NCBI GenBank assembly: GCA_003427395.1
Contig: BFEA01000007.1
Coordinates: forward strand, 6,407,841-6,471,840
Direction of reading: 5' to 3'
Source of the DNA: Chara braunii
Lineage: Eukaryota; Plantae; Charophyceae
DNA: 64,000 nt
Part shown: piece by piece, positions 12,361 to 23,626 of the stretch
Layout: every line of letters begins with the position of its first letter
Numbering within the stretch: position 1 is the first letter of the stretch
Notes under the pieces: generated by a model
The model's database searches: none
Seen by the model: only the letters and a program-made list of their open reading frames with translations
Told to the model about the DNA's origin: nothing
Program-made: the position numbers and the translations under genes

Positions 12361-15300
12361 TTTTTTTTTTTTTAAATTTAAACAGAACCTTAGGGTTCCA
12401 GCTCCACTCTGGGGAGCATCAGTCTGGTTCCTATTCCACCGGCAGTCAGAAAAAATTACAATGTATACTCACTCACGCTCCTCCCCCTAATGGTGTGGAG
12501 GCCTGAAGGACGGCATTGATTACCTCGTGAAGGAGGGATGTACCACCCTTCACCCCTGCCTAAGTTATCCTGGTCGTCTATGTTTCTGCTCTTATCCTAT
12601 TTTGGTGCTAAACCCCTAAGCCCTCGTTGACTGTAACTTGTCTATGGTCTGTCCCTGTCGGATGTAGCTGAATTGAAGCTGTTGTAAATACCTATAGTGG
12701 TTGCTGGGGTCAGTCTGTAATTTTGGGGATGCAAGGTAGTGAGGAGGGGTCTGTTTGACCACCGGTTAAGGTGTTTTTGGTGGGATAGGAGTTGAGGTTT
12801 TGGGGCTACTGTGCTGGGGGCCTTTTGGACTAGGACAATGTGTTGGGTAATATATGGGGGGTGTGGGGAGGAAGGGGGGGGAAGGTGGTTGGAGTGAGTA
12901 GCGATGTAAATAAGATCGGGTGGGGGTGGGGGAGAAGTAAGTTTGTTGGGGCCAGAGGGGGGGTTATTGAACCGGTTGTGGATTGGTGACACGTGTCTGG
13001 TTAGTCGGTGGTTTTGTAGGGGTTAGTGGGGTTGTTAAGTTGTCTTGTGTCTGTGTTATGATTAGCCAATTTTTGTGGATGAGTCTATTGTTGTTTATTG
13101 TACCAAGTAGACGATTGCCAAATTTTGATTGTTTCCGCTTTTTTGTCAGGGTTGGTGGGAAGTTTATTGAACTGTTTCTTCCAGAGAGCGTGAATCTCAA
13201 TGTCTATTGGTTGTTCGATAATGATGAGTGGGTTTTCTGGGGTGGTGAGCCGGTCATCGAAGGTGTTGTCTGTCGCATCTATTCTTCCATATGGCCGATA
13301 TGGTACTTTCTGTTATTAGGGAGGAGAGGAAGGTTCAAAGCCCTTGAGAGGTGGTGTTTGTTTGAGATCCAGGAATAGTGTGGCTGGGTTGATTAGGAAG
13401 GGAGAGACTGAGATTTTGTGCCAATATGTTTCTAGGGCTTGCCAGAGGGGTCTGGTCTTTGGGCAATCTATGAAGCAATGGTTTTGTGATTCTGGAATAT
13501 CGAGGTTGCATATTCACCAGGAGTCTTGTTCAATATTGTTATCGTGTTTGTGTCTACTGGCGAACCATTGGTTTATTGGGACTGCTCTGTAGGCTATTAG
13601 CCATCTCAGGCTAGCTTCACTGGTCTTGTGGAGAAGATAGTGGTCCAGGGGAGTTAAAAGTGGGTGTTGGCTAATTGTGGTTCGTCTTTTGCCCATCTGG
13701 TGCGTACCATATTGGTTGTAAGTATGGGGCTGGTGAAGAGTTTGTATCTTAGTTTGGGTGTGTAGCTAGGCTACCGGCCGGGCCGCCCGGGTCACCCTGT
13801 TTTCCCGGGCGGCCCGGCCGGGCAAGGACCAGGGAAGGTCCCAGCAAAAAGAAAAAAGGAAATCCGAAAAAAACTATGTTATGCAGAAAAGTAAACAAAA
13901 TAACTTTTGGCTCAGGGTCAGGTTGAAATTCTTTACCAAATTTAAAATAAAAGATAAAATTAATAAAACCAAAAAATAAATTTTATTTTTTTTTGGCCTG
14001 GCCAGGTGAGGGCCACTCTGGTAGCCTACGTGTGTAGTCAGTTAACAACTTAGCAAGCATTGGCTTGAGATGGAGGGTAGAGCCCAACGATGAGTTTCAT
14101 GTCCATTCCGTGGGGTTTATATTTCTAGATTATTGACGCTTGTGGAGGGTTTGTATACTCCATTTGTGTTGATGTAGCGCACTGGGTTTCCTGGTTCCTC
14201 CAGAGTGTATAGGTCACAGCAGATCGAGTTGTTGTTACGGGGTTCATAATTCTTGAAGAAGAGGACTTCCTCAATTGGTTGGATGTTGGTGGGGGAAGCC
14301 CAATCCCCGTATTGCCTTTTTTGATCTGATTTTAGTAGGCTTCTCTAATGTAGAGGAATACAATCTACGATGTGATTTAAGTTGATTTGTAGGTGATGTA
14401 CTCCTTTTAGTTTATCACGTACGTCCCTTCCTGTTTCCAATTTTTGTTTGGTTCGTCCCAGATGTGTTTGATTTGCCAAACTCCTTTTTCTAAGTAGTGC
14501 CCCCATTTGGTGTCTTATTCGGAGAGTGGGAGACAATCCCGTTTATCATCCCTAATCAGCGGGTTACCGAAGAGAGGTTGTCTAAGGACTTCCATCTTTT
14601 TTCTTTGTTCCTGACCTGTACTTTGGCAAGATGATTCTCCAGGCGTGTATGATTTTTTCCCAGTGGGATTTGGTTTGGGAGGTGTCGTCGATAATTTCCT
14701 GGAGTGCTTGGTTATAACGTCTCCTCTGTTTTCCTTTTGGAAGAGGCTAGACTTTGTTGAAAACCCAGAAGGGACCTGTCATGTTGGTTGGTGAAGTGAA
14801 AGGTGCAAGTTTTTTGATGTGATTTAGAGCTAGTGAGGTTTAGTGCTGGTTGTCGTGGAGGGCTAATTTTATTGCCCATTTGATTTGTGGGGCTTTTATT
14901 TGACGGGATGGATTTATAAGATCTAAACCCCTCTATTTTTGGGCTAGTGATTATTTGCCAGGCTACTTCGTGGATAAAGTGTTGCTAATCTGGGTTCCCT
15001 GTCCATATGAATGCTGCTGTTTTTTTCCTTAGTTGATTGAGGAAGTCGGTGGCAGAGAACCAGATGGAGGTAGAATACCACTCATTGTCAGGATCGAATT
15101 GTCGAGTGTTAGTACTTCGCCTAGCAGGGAGGTATTTATGGTTTTCAACGTATGAATTCTATTTACCATTGAAGACAAGATAATCTCTGCTAAGGCTTTG
15201 TTACATCCTTTGAGATTGAGATTGATGCCAAGAAAACGGATTGGTGAGTATGGATCTGTTCACTATACTCCTGTTGGGCTTAATTCTATAGGGGAGGGTG

Positions 15301-17560
15301 TTTTTGCGGTCCACCAACCTATTGTTTGGGTTGTTAACTTCCATTTCTGAGGCCAGTTTAAATGTTTGTATTGCTCTTGTCAGTGTCTGGAAGGAGGAGT
15401 ATGTTGCCTTGATACGAACTGTGAGGTCATGCACAATTAGGAGGGTGGAAGGGATGTGCAGGGGCTGACCCCGTTCGTCCTTGATGGTCTTGATCCTCTT
15501 GATGGATATGTTTTTTCTAAGGAAGTCAGTGACGACCTCCATAACGAAAAGGAAGATGTGTGCAACTAGTGGATCCCCTTGTTTTACTAATTTGTCATTG
15601 GGTATGAGTTCGATGGGAAGTCGTTGAGTTGAACTATCTCTTGTGAGCTGTTGCAAAGTATTCTCACACATTTTCAAAAGATCGAGCCTTCTCCCGTTTT
15701 TTTTTCATGTTGGCCTGTAGGAAAGCCCAGTTAACTTGGTTGCATGCTTTTTCAAAATCGAGGAATGGAATAGCTGTTGAGATCTGTTTTTGGTTAATTA
15801 TCCTTGTAGATAAGGACATAATTTTCTCTTGCTCTTTTGTCGCATAAGGACATAATATTGTCTAGTAGGAGTCTTTTTGGAATGATTCTTGTCTGGTCTG
15901 GATGGAAGCATCCTCCTATGATTTGGTTTATTCTGGTGGTTAGGAGTTTGACTAATATTTTGTATGCTACATTTAACAGTGACATGGGCCTGCATTCTTT
16001 ATACCCTCTTTATTTCCTTTTTTGTATAGGAAGGCAAATACACCCATGCTCAGGTCAGGGCCTAAGGATTTTTTCTCCCAGATTCTAGTGAGGAACATGA
16101 GGAGGAGTGGTCATAGGGTGTGTCATCTTGCCATTTAAAATTCCTTATAGAAGCTGTTTCTGCCTGGAGCTTTACTAGGTTTAAGGTCTTCGAGGGCTGT
16201 GTAAAGTTTTTCCAATGAAATAGGTTCTTCTAATGATTTGGTGTTTTTTTATGAGAGACATTGGTCTTAGGTGTGCTAATAATTTTCTCTTGCTCTTTTG
16301 TCGCATTGTTACCTCCTGCCGGGGTTCTGGAGGTTTAGAGTTCTTTGTCGAAGGAGGTTGTTATGTTGACTAACTTTGTTGTTTCTGTCGATGAGTTTCC
16401 ATTCTCATTTTATAATTTTTTTTTGTTTTTTCAGTTTCTGAAGTTGGCTTTGATATTTTGGAAAAAAAATTGGACATTTTTTTCATTTAGTTCCCAGTCT
16501 TTTACTCTTGCCTTTAATTAGTGGTCAAGGAGTTTTTATTTTATCCATTCAGTAAGTTTTTCATCAGATTTGTCCAGTAGTTCTGCATAGAATGTCGAGT
16601 TTGGTTGTTTTTGCAATTGTATTTCTGTTGTTTCTATCACATTTCTCATTGAATGTTCTCTTTCTTTTCTTTATATCGCTAAATTTTTGAAGACTTGTGC
16701 TGTTTTTTTTTTTCCCCGCTAATGTTCTTAGTAATTCGAGGGAATTTAGTGTATATGTCTTCTTGTGGTTGTAATTGTGTTTGATTATTTAGTAGTGTTT
16801 GAAGTTCTGATTGAAATGATTGACTGGTGAGGAGGGCATTGTTGAACCGGTAAAAACTCTTACCTGTGTATCCTTCCTTAGTGAGTCCGAGTGCTAAGGA
16901 TATAACTTTGTGATCTAGACCTTTGTGGTGTGGGTTATTTTGGATAGTGCAATCTTGTATAGCCCTTGATGCGTCATATGTAAAAAGAAGTATACTCGGG
17001 AGAAGAAAGTTGTTCTAGATAGGTTTTTCTAATACAAGAGTATTTTTTATTTTCGGGGTGTAGAAAACGAAACGAGTCTATTAGATTTTTCCTGGATATG
17101 TAGTCGTTTAAGTCTACACTGTCAGATTGAGGTGCAAGGTCTTGAGTGTGATTTTTTGTCGAGGTTGGGGTTCTGAACTAGGTTCCAATCGTCCATAATG
17201 ATGGTAGGTATGTGTGTGAGGACGAGTTGTTCTATCGTCAGTAGAAATAGAGTTTTTTCTTGTGGTGTGTTGGGGCCGTATATTTTTATGATGATTATTT
17301 ATTGTTTTTTATATTTGATATCGAATTTGATCCATCTGCCTGAGGTATTGTATTGGTTGACGTTCATAATTTTAATTGCTTCGGTAACTGTTGATTTTTT
17401 TATGTAGAAGGATGATAATTTCTTCTGAACCATTTTTTGTAGCTTTGGCTCAAAAGGCAGACTTGACGAGGGATAATTTTATGATTTAGGGCTAGCTGTA
17501 GTTTATTATGTTAGTACTGGTCAAGTGTTTCTTCCAGGCATGTTATCTCTGGACCATGAT
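12361..17560 (-). mobile_element. Degenerate L1-clade LINE (ORF2: APE endonuclease, RT, C-terminal CCHC zinc finger) with poly(A) tail
   Basis: Minus-strand translation gives ITCLEET (~17535), IKIYGPN (~17280), IIMDDWN (~17190), LDHKVI (~16910), SLLNVAYKILVKLLTTRI/PDQT RT motifs (15794-15985), VKQGDPL (~15580) and ICNLDIPESQNHCFIDCP (~13480); poly-T at 12361-12373; many stops and frameshifts. Confidence 0.93.
13766..14029. mobile_element. ~264-bp hAT-like MITE inserted in the LINE
   Basis: TIR TAGGCTACC (13767-13775) / GGTAGCCTA (14020-14028); 8-bp direct flank GTGTGTAG at 13758-13765 and 14030-14037; internal perfect 18-bp GC-rich inverted repeat at 13774-13821. Confidence 0.85.
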
Positions 17561-17619
17561 CTCATACATGATGAGGTCATTTCGATGGACTTTCACCAAG
17601 GATCAAGATACATCGTTAT

Positions 17620-18037
17620 AAATACCAAACTCGTCAGTAGCGCGTCCAGATAGTCTACCCTTGCGTGATAGTGCACTAACCACCTTGTTGTATTCTCCTT
17701 TTAAAGAATTGAGTTTGAAGTCATACATGTCTATGATTTCAATCTACCTCTTGAGTGCATCGGATAACACTGACTATGTTTTAATTCAGCGCAGAGTATC
17801 ATGATCAGATGTCACATAGGAGAATTTGCCAAGGAGGTAATGCCTCCAACGAATCAGCGCTTTATAAAGGGTATATAACTCTCACTCAAACGTGGACGTA
17901 GCTAGTTTCTGGGAAGACATCTTTTTGCTCAAATACTCCATCGACCTCAATGTGTTCCCCTCCTTTTGTGCAAGGACTGTGCCTGCATTATATTAGCTGA
18001 CATTTGTGGTCACAAAGAAGGGCAACTCATGATCCGG
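17620..18037 (-). pseudogene. Ty3/gypsy RNase H fragment
   Basis: PDHELPFFVTT...EYLSKK...ELYTLYKALIRWRHYLLG...SDHDTL...YDFKL...NKVVSALSRK with in-frame stops. Confidence 0.9.
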
Positions 18038-18212
18038 TGTAGGGCCCCACCCTGTTAGACTTTGGAGCCTAAGTCGAACCTTTTGCGGGTCCCAGGTGGT
18101 TTGACTTTGCCCACGCTCATGCTCAGGGCGTGGATCCATTTGTCACAGAGTCACGCCCACCTAGTGCTTTGAGATGGATAGGGGTGGGCCAAGGAGTGAA
18201 AGAGCTTTGACA
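18038..18212. repeat. Putative 175-bp LTR of element X (copy 1)
   Basis: TGTAGGGC...GCTTTGACA termini; same 175-bp length as 25827-26001; the matching second LTR is not in the window. Confidence 0.6.
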
Positions 18213-19360
18213 TTGGGGGATGTAGCTCAACTGTCTCGCCAGGTGGGTAGTCTCATTGATCCTTTACAATCGTCCTTTTCTTGACACTCGGTTATGTTCG
18301 CAGGCAATTGCTCCTTCCAATCCTTAAGCAGTCTAAGGAATCTTTTGATAATTTTTCTTCTCTTGTGTGTAGGCCAAACATCTTCCTTGGACCACACATC
18401 CATTTACTAGGTGTAAAGACTATCACGTTTTTTAAGGGGGGGGGGGGGGCTGACTAGGGGGCCCTCACCCCCCACCTCGGCTTAGGCTTGTGAAATGAGT
18501 CATGTTGGGCCCTACGGCCTGACTAGGGTGTCCCTACCTCCCACCTCTAGCCGCAATTTGCTGACATCCACTATCTCATACATCATTCATGTTTCATACG
18601 TCGCATTTCATTGCTTGTCTATGCACTCCTTAGTCCTTTCGGAGTTTCACCCGTTTGCTTATGTGGCTCAACGACATTATCGGTCAAGTGACGTTATTTC
18701 AGACGACAACCATTCAGATCAATTTTTGTTCAAGGACGTGACAACATGCGTAAAGATTCATCCATGGGGGAAGGCTACATTCACAACCCATTTAACTTTC
18801 ATTCCCTTTTCGCAACCCGACCTATCCGGACGCTATCCAACTGAAGGCATCTTAAGGATTATTCACTTGCACAACCAATGGAATACAGACAAGCACAACA
18901 CCTATCCGGGTTCAACACATAATCCCTCCCGCAAGCTTATTTTCTTTCTTTCTTTGTTGCTTACTTGTCCGTTTTTTTACAATGTACAATCCATTTCATC
19001 CTCTTCTCATTCTCATGCAGTCGGGGTGTTGATCGAGTCCACTCACCTTTCTTTCTCACAATGAGTCTTTTCAAATCTTGGGTCTTTGCCCACCCTTAAG
19101 TACCTGTGAATTCTTCGATCCTTTGTGCTTACAACTCTTTTCCAATTCTTGGTGGCGTAAGGGACCGGCAACCCTCCCCTTGCCCTCTCTTTCCACCAAG
19201 TGAGGCCATAGTTCTTTCACTGTTCATCCCCTGCCAATGTGACAAGTGAGCGGGGAAGAGTTAGCCGCATGCCGAGATGGTTAAGGACAGTTTTTAAAGC
19301 ATGGCAGGGGTAGATGAGAGGGCGTCGGCGAATCAAGAGATAGAGAGAAAGAGCGAGCGG

Positions 19361-19433
<73 letters not shown>

Positions 19434-19630
19434 GCATACAGATAGATAAATAGATAGATAGATGGATACATAGATCGATATCGATATCGAGAGAGATCGA
19501 GAGAGAGAAGGGGGGGGGGTGGTTGGCTATGGCGGATAGGTGAAGGAGGTGGAGGAGGAAGAAGTTGTGAGGATGGTTGGCTATGGTGAATGAGTGAAGG
19601 AGGTGGAGAAGGAAAAAGGTGGAAGGGTTG
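18038..19630. mobile_element. Element X copy 1: 175-bp TG...CA terminal repeat, tRNA-Ala-like 15-mer, ~1.1 kb internal sequence, (GA)n and two 54-bp satellite units
   Basis: Collinear with 25827-27400 (~75-80% identical by eye); interrupts a gypsy RNase H; right end not determined. Confidence 0.75.
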
Positions 19631-19824
19631 TCATTCTTTACTATTTCAAATCGAACAACCTTTCTACGGGTCATTCTTTGCCATTTCAAGTCGAATAACC
19701 TTTTAGGGGTTCTTTGCTATTTCAAGTAGAACAACCTTTCCAGGGTCATCCTTTGCCAATTGAAGTCGAACAACCTGTTCAGGGGTTATCCTTTGCCATT
19801 TGAGTTGAGCAACTTTTTCAGGGG
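19627..19824. repeat. ~39-bp minisatellite, about 5 copies
   Basis: GGGTCAT.CTTTGCCATTT.AAGTCGAACAACCTTT. repeated. Confidence 0.85.
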
Positions 19825-20146
19825 CCACTCCTATTCCTTTGCCAGTGCGCGAGGGGGTGGTCCTTGAGTATACGGATCCCATCTTTTACCTGGGGGGTTT
19901 AGAAGCAGGGTTGTCGAGCCCCGACCCCGGGGCCTCGGGGGGGTCCGGGGCCCACCCCCAACCCTGGCTCCAGACACTAGCCCCCCCCCCCCCAAAAATA
20001 AAAATAAAAAAATAGTGGGGGGTGCGCAGCGAGAGCGCGCACCCCATGGGCTAAACCCAAAAAATGGGGTTTTGTGCCCCACCTCGGACCTCCCCCGGGG
20101 CCACACCCACCATTGGGGGGACCGGGTAGGTGCGGGGGTGCGGGGA

Positions 20147-20161
20147 NNNNNNNNNNNNNNN
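20147..20161. other. Assembly gap (15 N) preceded by GC/homopolymer-rich, probably low-quality sequence
   Basis: N run. Confidence 0.95.
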
Positions 20162-21848
20162 GAGAGAGAGAGACAGACAGAGGGAGAGAGATACATGAAA
20201 GGAAGAAAATGGTCAACAATTTTTAAGACAGGGTAGTGAGTCAGAACATGCTTTAACTTTCTAAACGAGGACTCACAATCTTTGTCCTACAACCAAGACT
20301 TTTCCTTTTTCAATGATTTTCTCATAGGAGCAGCTATTAAGGAGAAGTTTCTGACGAACTTCCTATAGTAGCTAGCAAGCCCTAGGCAAGATCTTAGTTC
20401 AATTATAGTCTTAAGTTGTGGTCAATCTCTGATTGTTGTAATATTTTTTTCTATATGCCCTAAGTACAAGACTTCAGACTTAGCAAACTCAGACTTCTTC
20501 GGATTCAGTTTGAAGTCGCCCTCGTGCAACTTCGGCAAGACCATTCGTATGTGTTTCTCATGATCTTCTAATGTCTTACTATACACCAGAATGTTGTCGA
20601 GGTAGACTACTACGAACCGATCAAGCCATTGACGGGACAATTCGTTCATTGACCTTTGAAAGGTTGTCGACACTTTGGTCAAACCGAAAGGCATAACTAC
20701 AAACTTGTAGTGACCATACCTGGTTCGAAATGTCGTCTTGTGTTGATTCTAAGGAGCCATCTCGATTTGGTGGTACCCTGAAATCAATCTTGCTAAAGTA
20801 TCTGCATCCCTGCAACTAATCCAATAGATCGTACATGAGCGGAAGAGGCTCCACGTTTTTGACAGTGATGAAGTTCAGCCCACGATAATCTATACAAAGA
20901 CGTAGTTCACCTTCCTTTTTGGGCACAAACAAGACAGGTGCACCATAAGGAGATGAACTAGGGCAAATCCATCCTTTGTGAGTAAGTTTTTGCAGCTGCT
21001 TACGCAATTCCTCAAGTTCCCTAGGAGACATTCGGTAGATGAGACCCTTCATAATCTTGCTTCCGGGAATAATCTCGATCGTGTGCTTAATAGCACGCTC
21101 AGTGATTCTCGTCGTCACAGTCTCCAAGTCCTTGTACTCATCGAGAAGTTTTTAAATAGAAGGTGGATAAGATGAGGAACACTCACCAACTCGCTTGACA
21201 AGCACCATCATCACCTCCTGATCCAACTTCTTCCTTACTACTATCGAACGAGAGGGTGGATAACTCATACAACAAAAAAACAAAACGAAGTCAGAGCCAG
21301 ACCTGTGATGCAATTTATTCGTACGTAGTTCGGACTTCTCGTCCTTGAGTTTGACAATTTTATCTTTGAACCTTACCTTTGGGTCGGCTTCCTCGTGCCA
21401 ATCCATTCCCATAATCATATTAAACGGTAGATTATTTTCTATTAGGAAGGATATCTCATGTAGGATCTTCTTTCCTTCCTTAGTTCTGAAATGACACTTA
21501 ACACGATCGACGTATTGAGAGACTTTGATCGTGCTCTTGCCAGCCAGTATAGACGTGATAGGTCGAGGTATGTCTTTTACCTTCATTCTCATATGCAGTT
21601 TGCGAATTGCCTTCTCTAAAATATACGACCTCGTCGATCCTGGATCTAACAATGCACTAACTCGCGTGTGCGCAATCTCAATTTCTGCGATCATCAACTC
21701 ATGGTTAAACTTAACTTTCTTCACCCACGAACTCAGTAGTGCTATCAGCTCATTGTTGAGCTCGTCAAGAGAATCGTCCAGTGAAACAAAACATAGTACT
21801 ATGTTAGGGTGTTTTGGACGACTGGCGAAAGAAGAGTCATCCTCTGCC
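20162..21848 (-). mobile_element. Ty3/gypsy protease-RT fragment, near-identical to 38785-40407
   Basis: ORFs identical to those at 39045-40434 (ALLDPGST protease; [28 protein letters not shown]; YLDNILVYS). Confidence 0.92.
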
Positions 21849-21886
21849 CTGTCTCTTATACACATCTAGATGTGTATAAGAGACAG
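21849..21886. other. Nextera mate-pair junction adapter (two Tn5 mosaic ends back to back); sequencing artefact
   Basis: Exact CTGTCTCTTATACACATCT + AGATGTGTATAAGAGACAG. Confidence 0.99.
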
Positions 21887-23626
21887 GTGCGAGGGTGCGG
21901 CGGTGGCGGGGTTTGTAGGGTGCGGAGGCGGGTGTGTGGGTTGGGAGCGGGGATGGTGGGGTTGGGGCAGGGGCGGGGCTGCTTTGACGGGGGCGGGGGT
22001 TGGGTAGCCCCGCGGCGGGGGTCCAGGTGTGAAACCCCTACCCCGGCTTGGGCCCCGGGGATCCCCGCGTGGCAACGCAGGTTAAAAGGCTGCCATCTTA
22101 TCAATTTTTTTTTGTGCGAATTCCTTCATCATATCCCATTATGACTTGGGCCATAATCAATTCCTGAATACACCCGGCGTAGCGTCTAGTGCTTAGGGAG
22201 AAGCTCGCATCCTCAAGTAGCACTAGCCTATGTAACCCCTACAACCTAGGATCCTGCAGCCTCTGTCGCGACCCCGGAAACGATCTTTCTCGTGGATGCG
22301 CCAAGAGTAGGCTGAGCCGTGCGCCCAAAATCGGGGCGCGCGCATCGCCTGCGCATGGCGTCCCCCGCCATATTAAACCAACAAACAAAAGAAAGTGAAA
22401 ATGTGGGAGGGGGTTGTTCTCGGGTGGGAAAACAAAAATAAAAAAATTTGAAAGGACAGGGTGGGGTGGCCAAACATGGCCCTCGCTTATGAAAATCAAA
22501 CTGCATATGGGAAAAACGTTGGGGCCACACCATACCCCAACACAGAGCACATGTGTGTGTGTGTGTGGGTGTGCATGTCCTAGTTGTGTCCAGTTTCATT
22601 TTCGAAGGGCCCCTACGAATAAGCAAGGACCCCTTGTGGAACAAAGATGGACATTAGATTTAAAGTTTCTCTACATGGGCCAAAAATATATAGTCTGGAT
22701 TCAAATTCAGGTCTGTGCGTTACAGTTATGGGTCACTAATTCGCTGTTTTTCCGTTTTTCTTTTGTTTTCTCGTTTTCCTTTTGTTTTCTTCTTTTTCTT
22801 TTCGTAGGGATACGTGCAGTCGCCCTAAGGGCCTTTACTTACCACATGCAAAAAAGACAAAACATATGACGATGCATTATTCTACGTTCTACCAGAAGAT
22901 TCATTCTAATTTTGCACATTTGGTGAGTACAACAACCAAACCTTGAGAATCACGTACAAAAACCAACAGGGCCTAGCTAAGTGAGCGACTCATAACTGCT
23001 GAAACAAAGACTTGAATACGAATCCTGTGTATATATTCAGCCACCTTATGTTCCACTTCGTATTCACTGTCTGCCTCGATTTTGGTGGAGGGTCCTTGCT
23101 AAATTGCTGCGAGGACCACCACCGCCGAATTGCCCGAAGAAGGAGGAGGAGAAGAAGAAGAAAAAAAAAAAACGAAAAAAAAAACAGCAAAGAAGAAGAA
23201 CGAAAAAAAAAACGATGAAGAAAAACAAAAAGGAAAAAAAATGAAAAACAGGAAAGAAGAAAAAAAAAGAGACGAAGAAGAAAAAATAAAATTACCTCTG
23301 TAAAATTTTTAGAAGGACTCTAACTCTATATTAGTCATGAAAAAAATAGAAAAAAAACAAATCGGGCTTTTCATATATATATATATATGACATATATATA
23401 TTTCAAACGGTTTTTGTTATTATTTTTTTTTTAATTTATGAATGAAGTAAAATAAATATATATATATATTGTGGTTGTCGGGTTTTGCAAACCTTACAAA
23501 CCCATATTTTTTTAATTTGTTTTCACGTATATTTCGATCCCAAAACAACATCCGAAAAACGGGTTGCAAACTAGGTTTCCTGACTGCGGCCGCGGCGGTC
23601 AGATTGCACGTGGTTGTGGCCGCGGG

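Noticed and set aside
11325-12506. 393-aa and 309-aa ORFs
   Set aside because: They are open only because of the N gap
18216-18290. Intact tRNA-Ala gene or tRNA-derived SINE
   Set aside because: Only the first 15 nt match; no B box, cloverleaf or 3' acceptor strand
21849-21886. Perfect 38-bp palindrome or Tn5 ends suggesting a bacterial transposon or horizontal transfer
   Set aside because: Exact Nextera mate-pair junction adapter
22900-23140. KWNIRWLNIY as the start of a hAT transposase zinc finger
   Set aside because: Too short; no downstream Cys/His pattern or catalytic domain in frame
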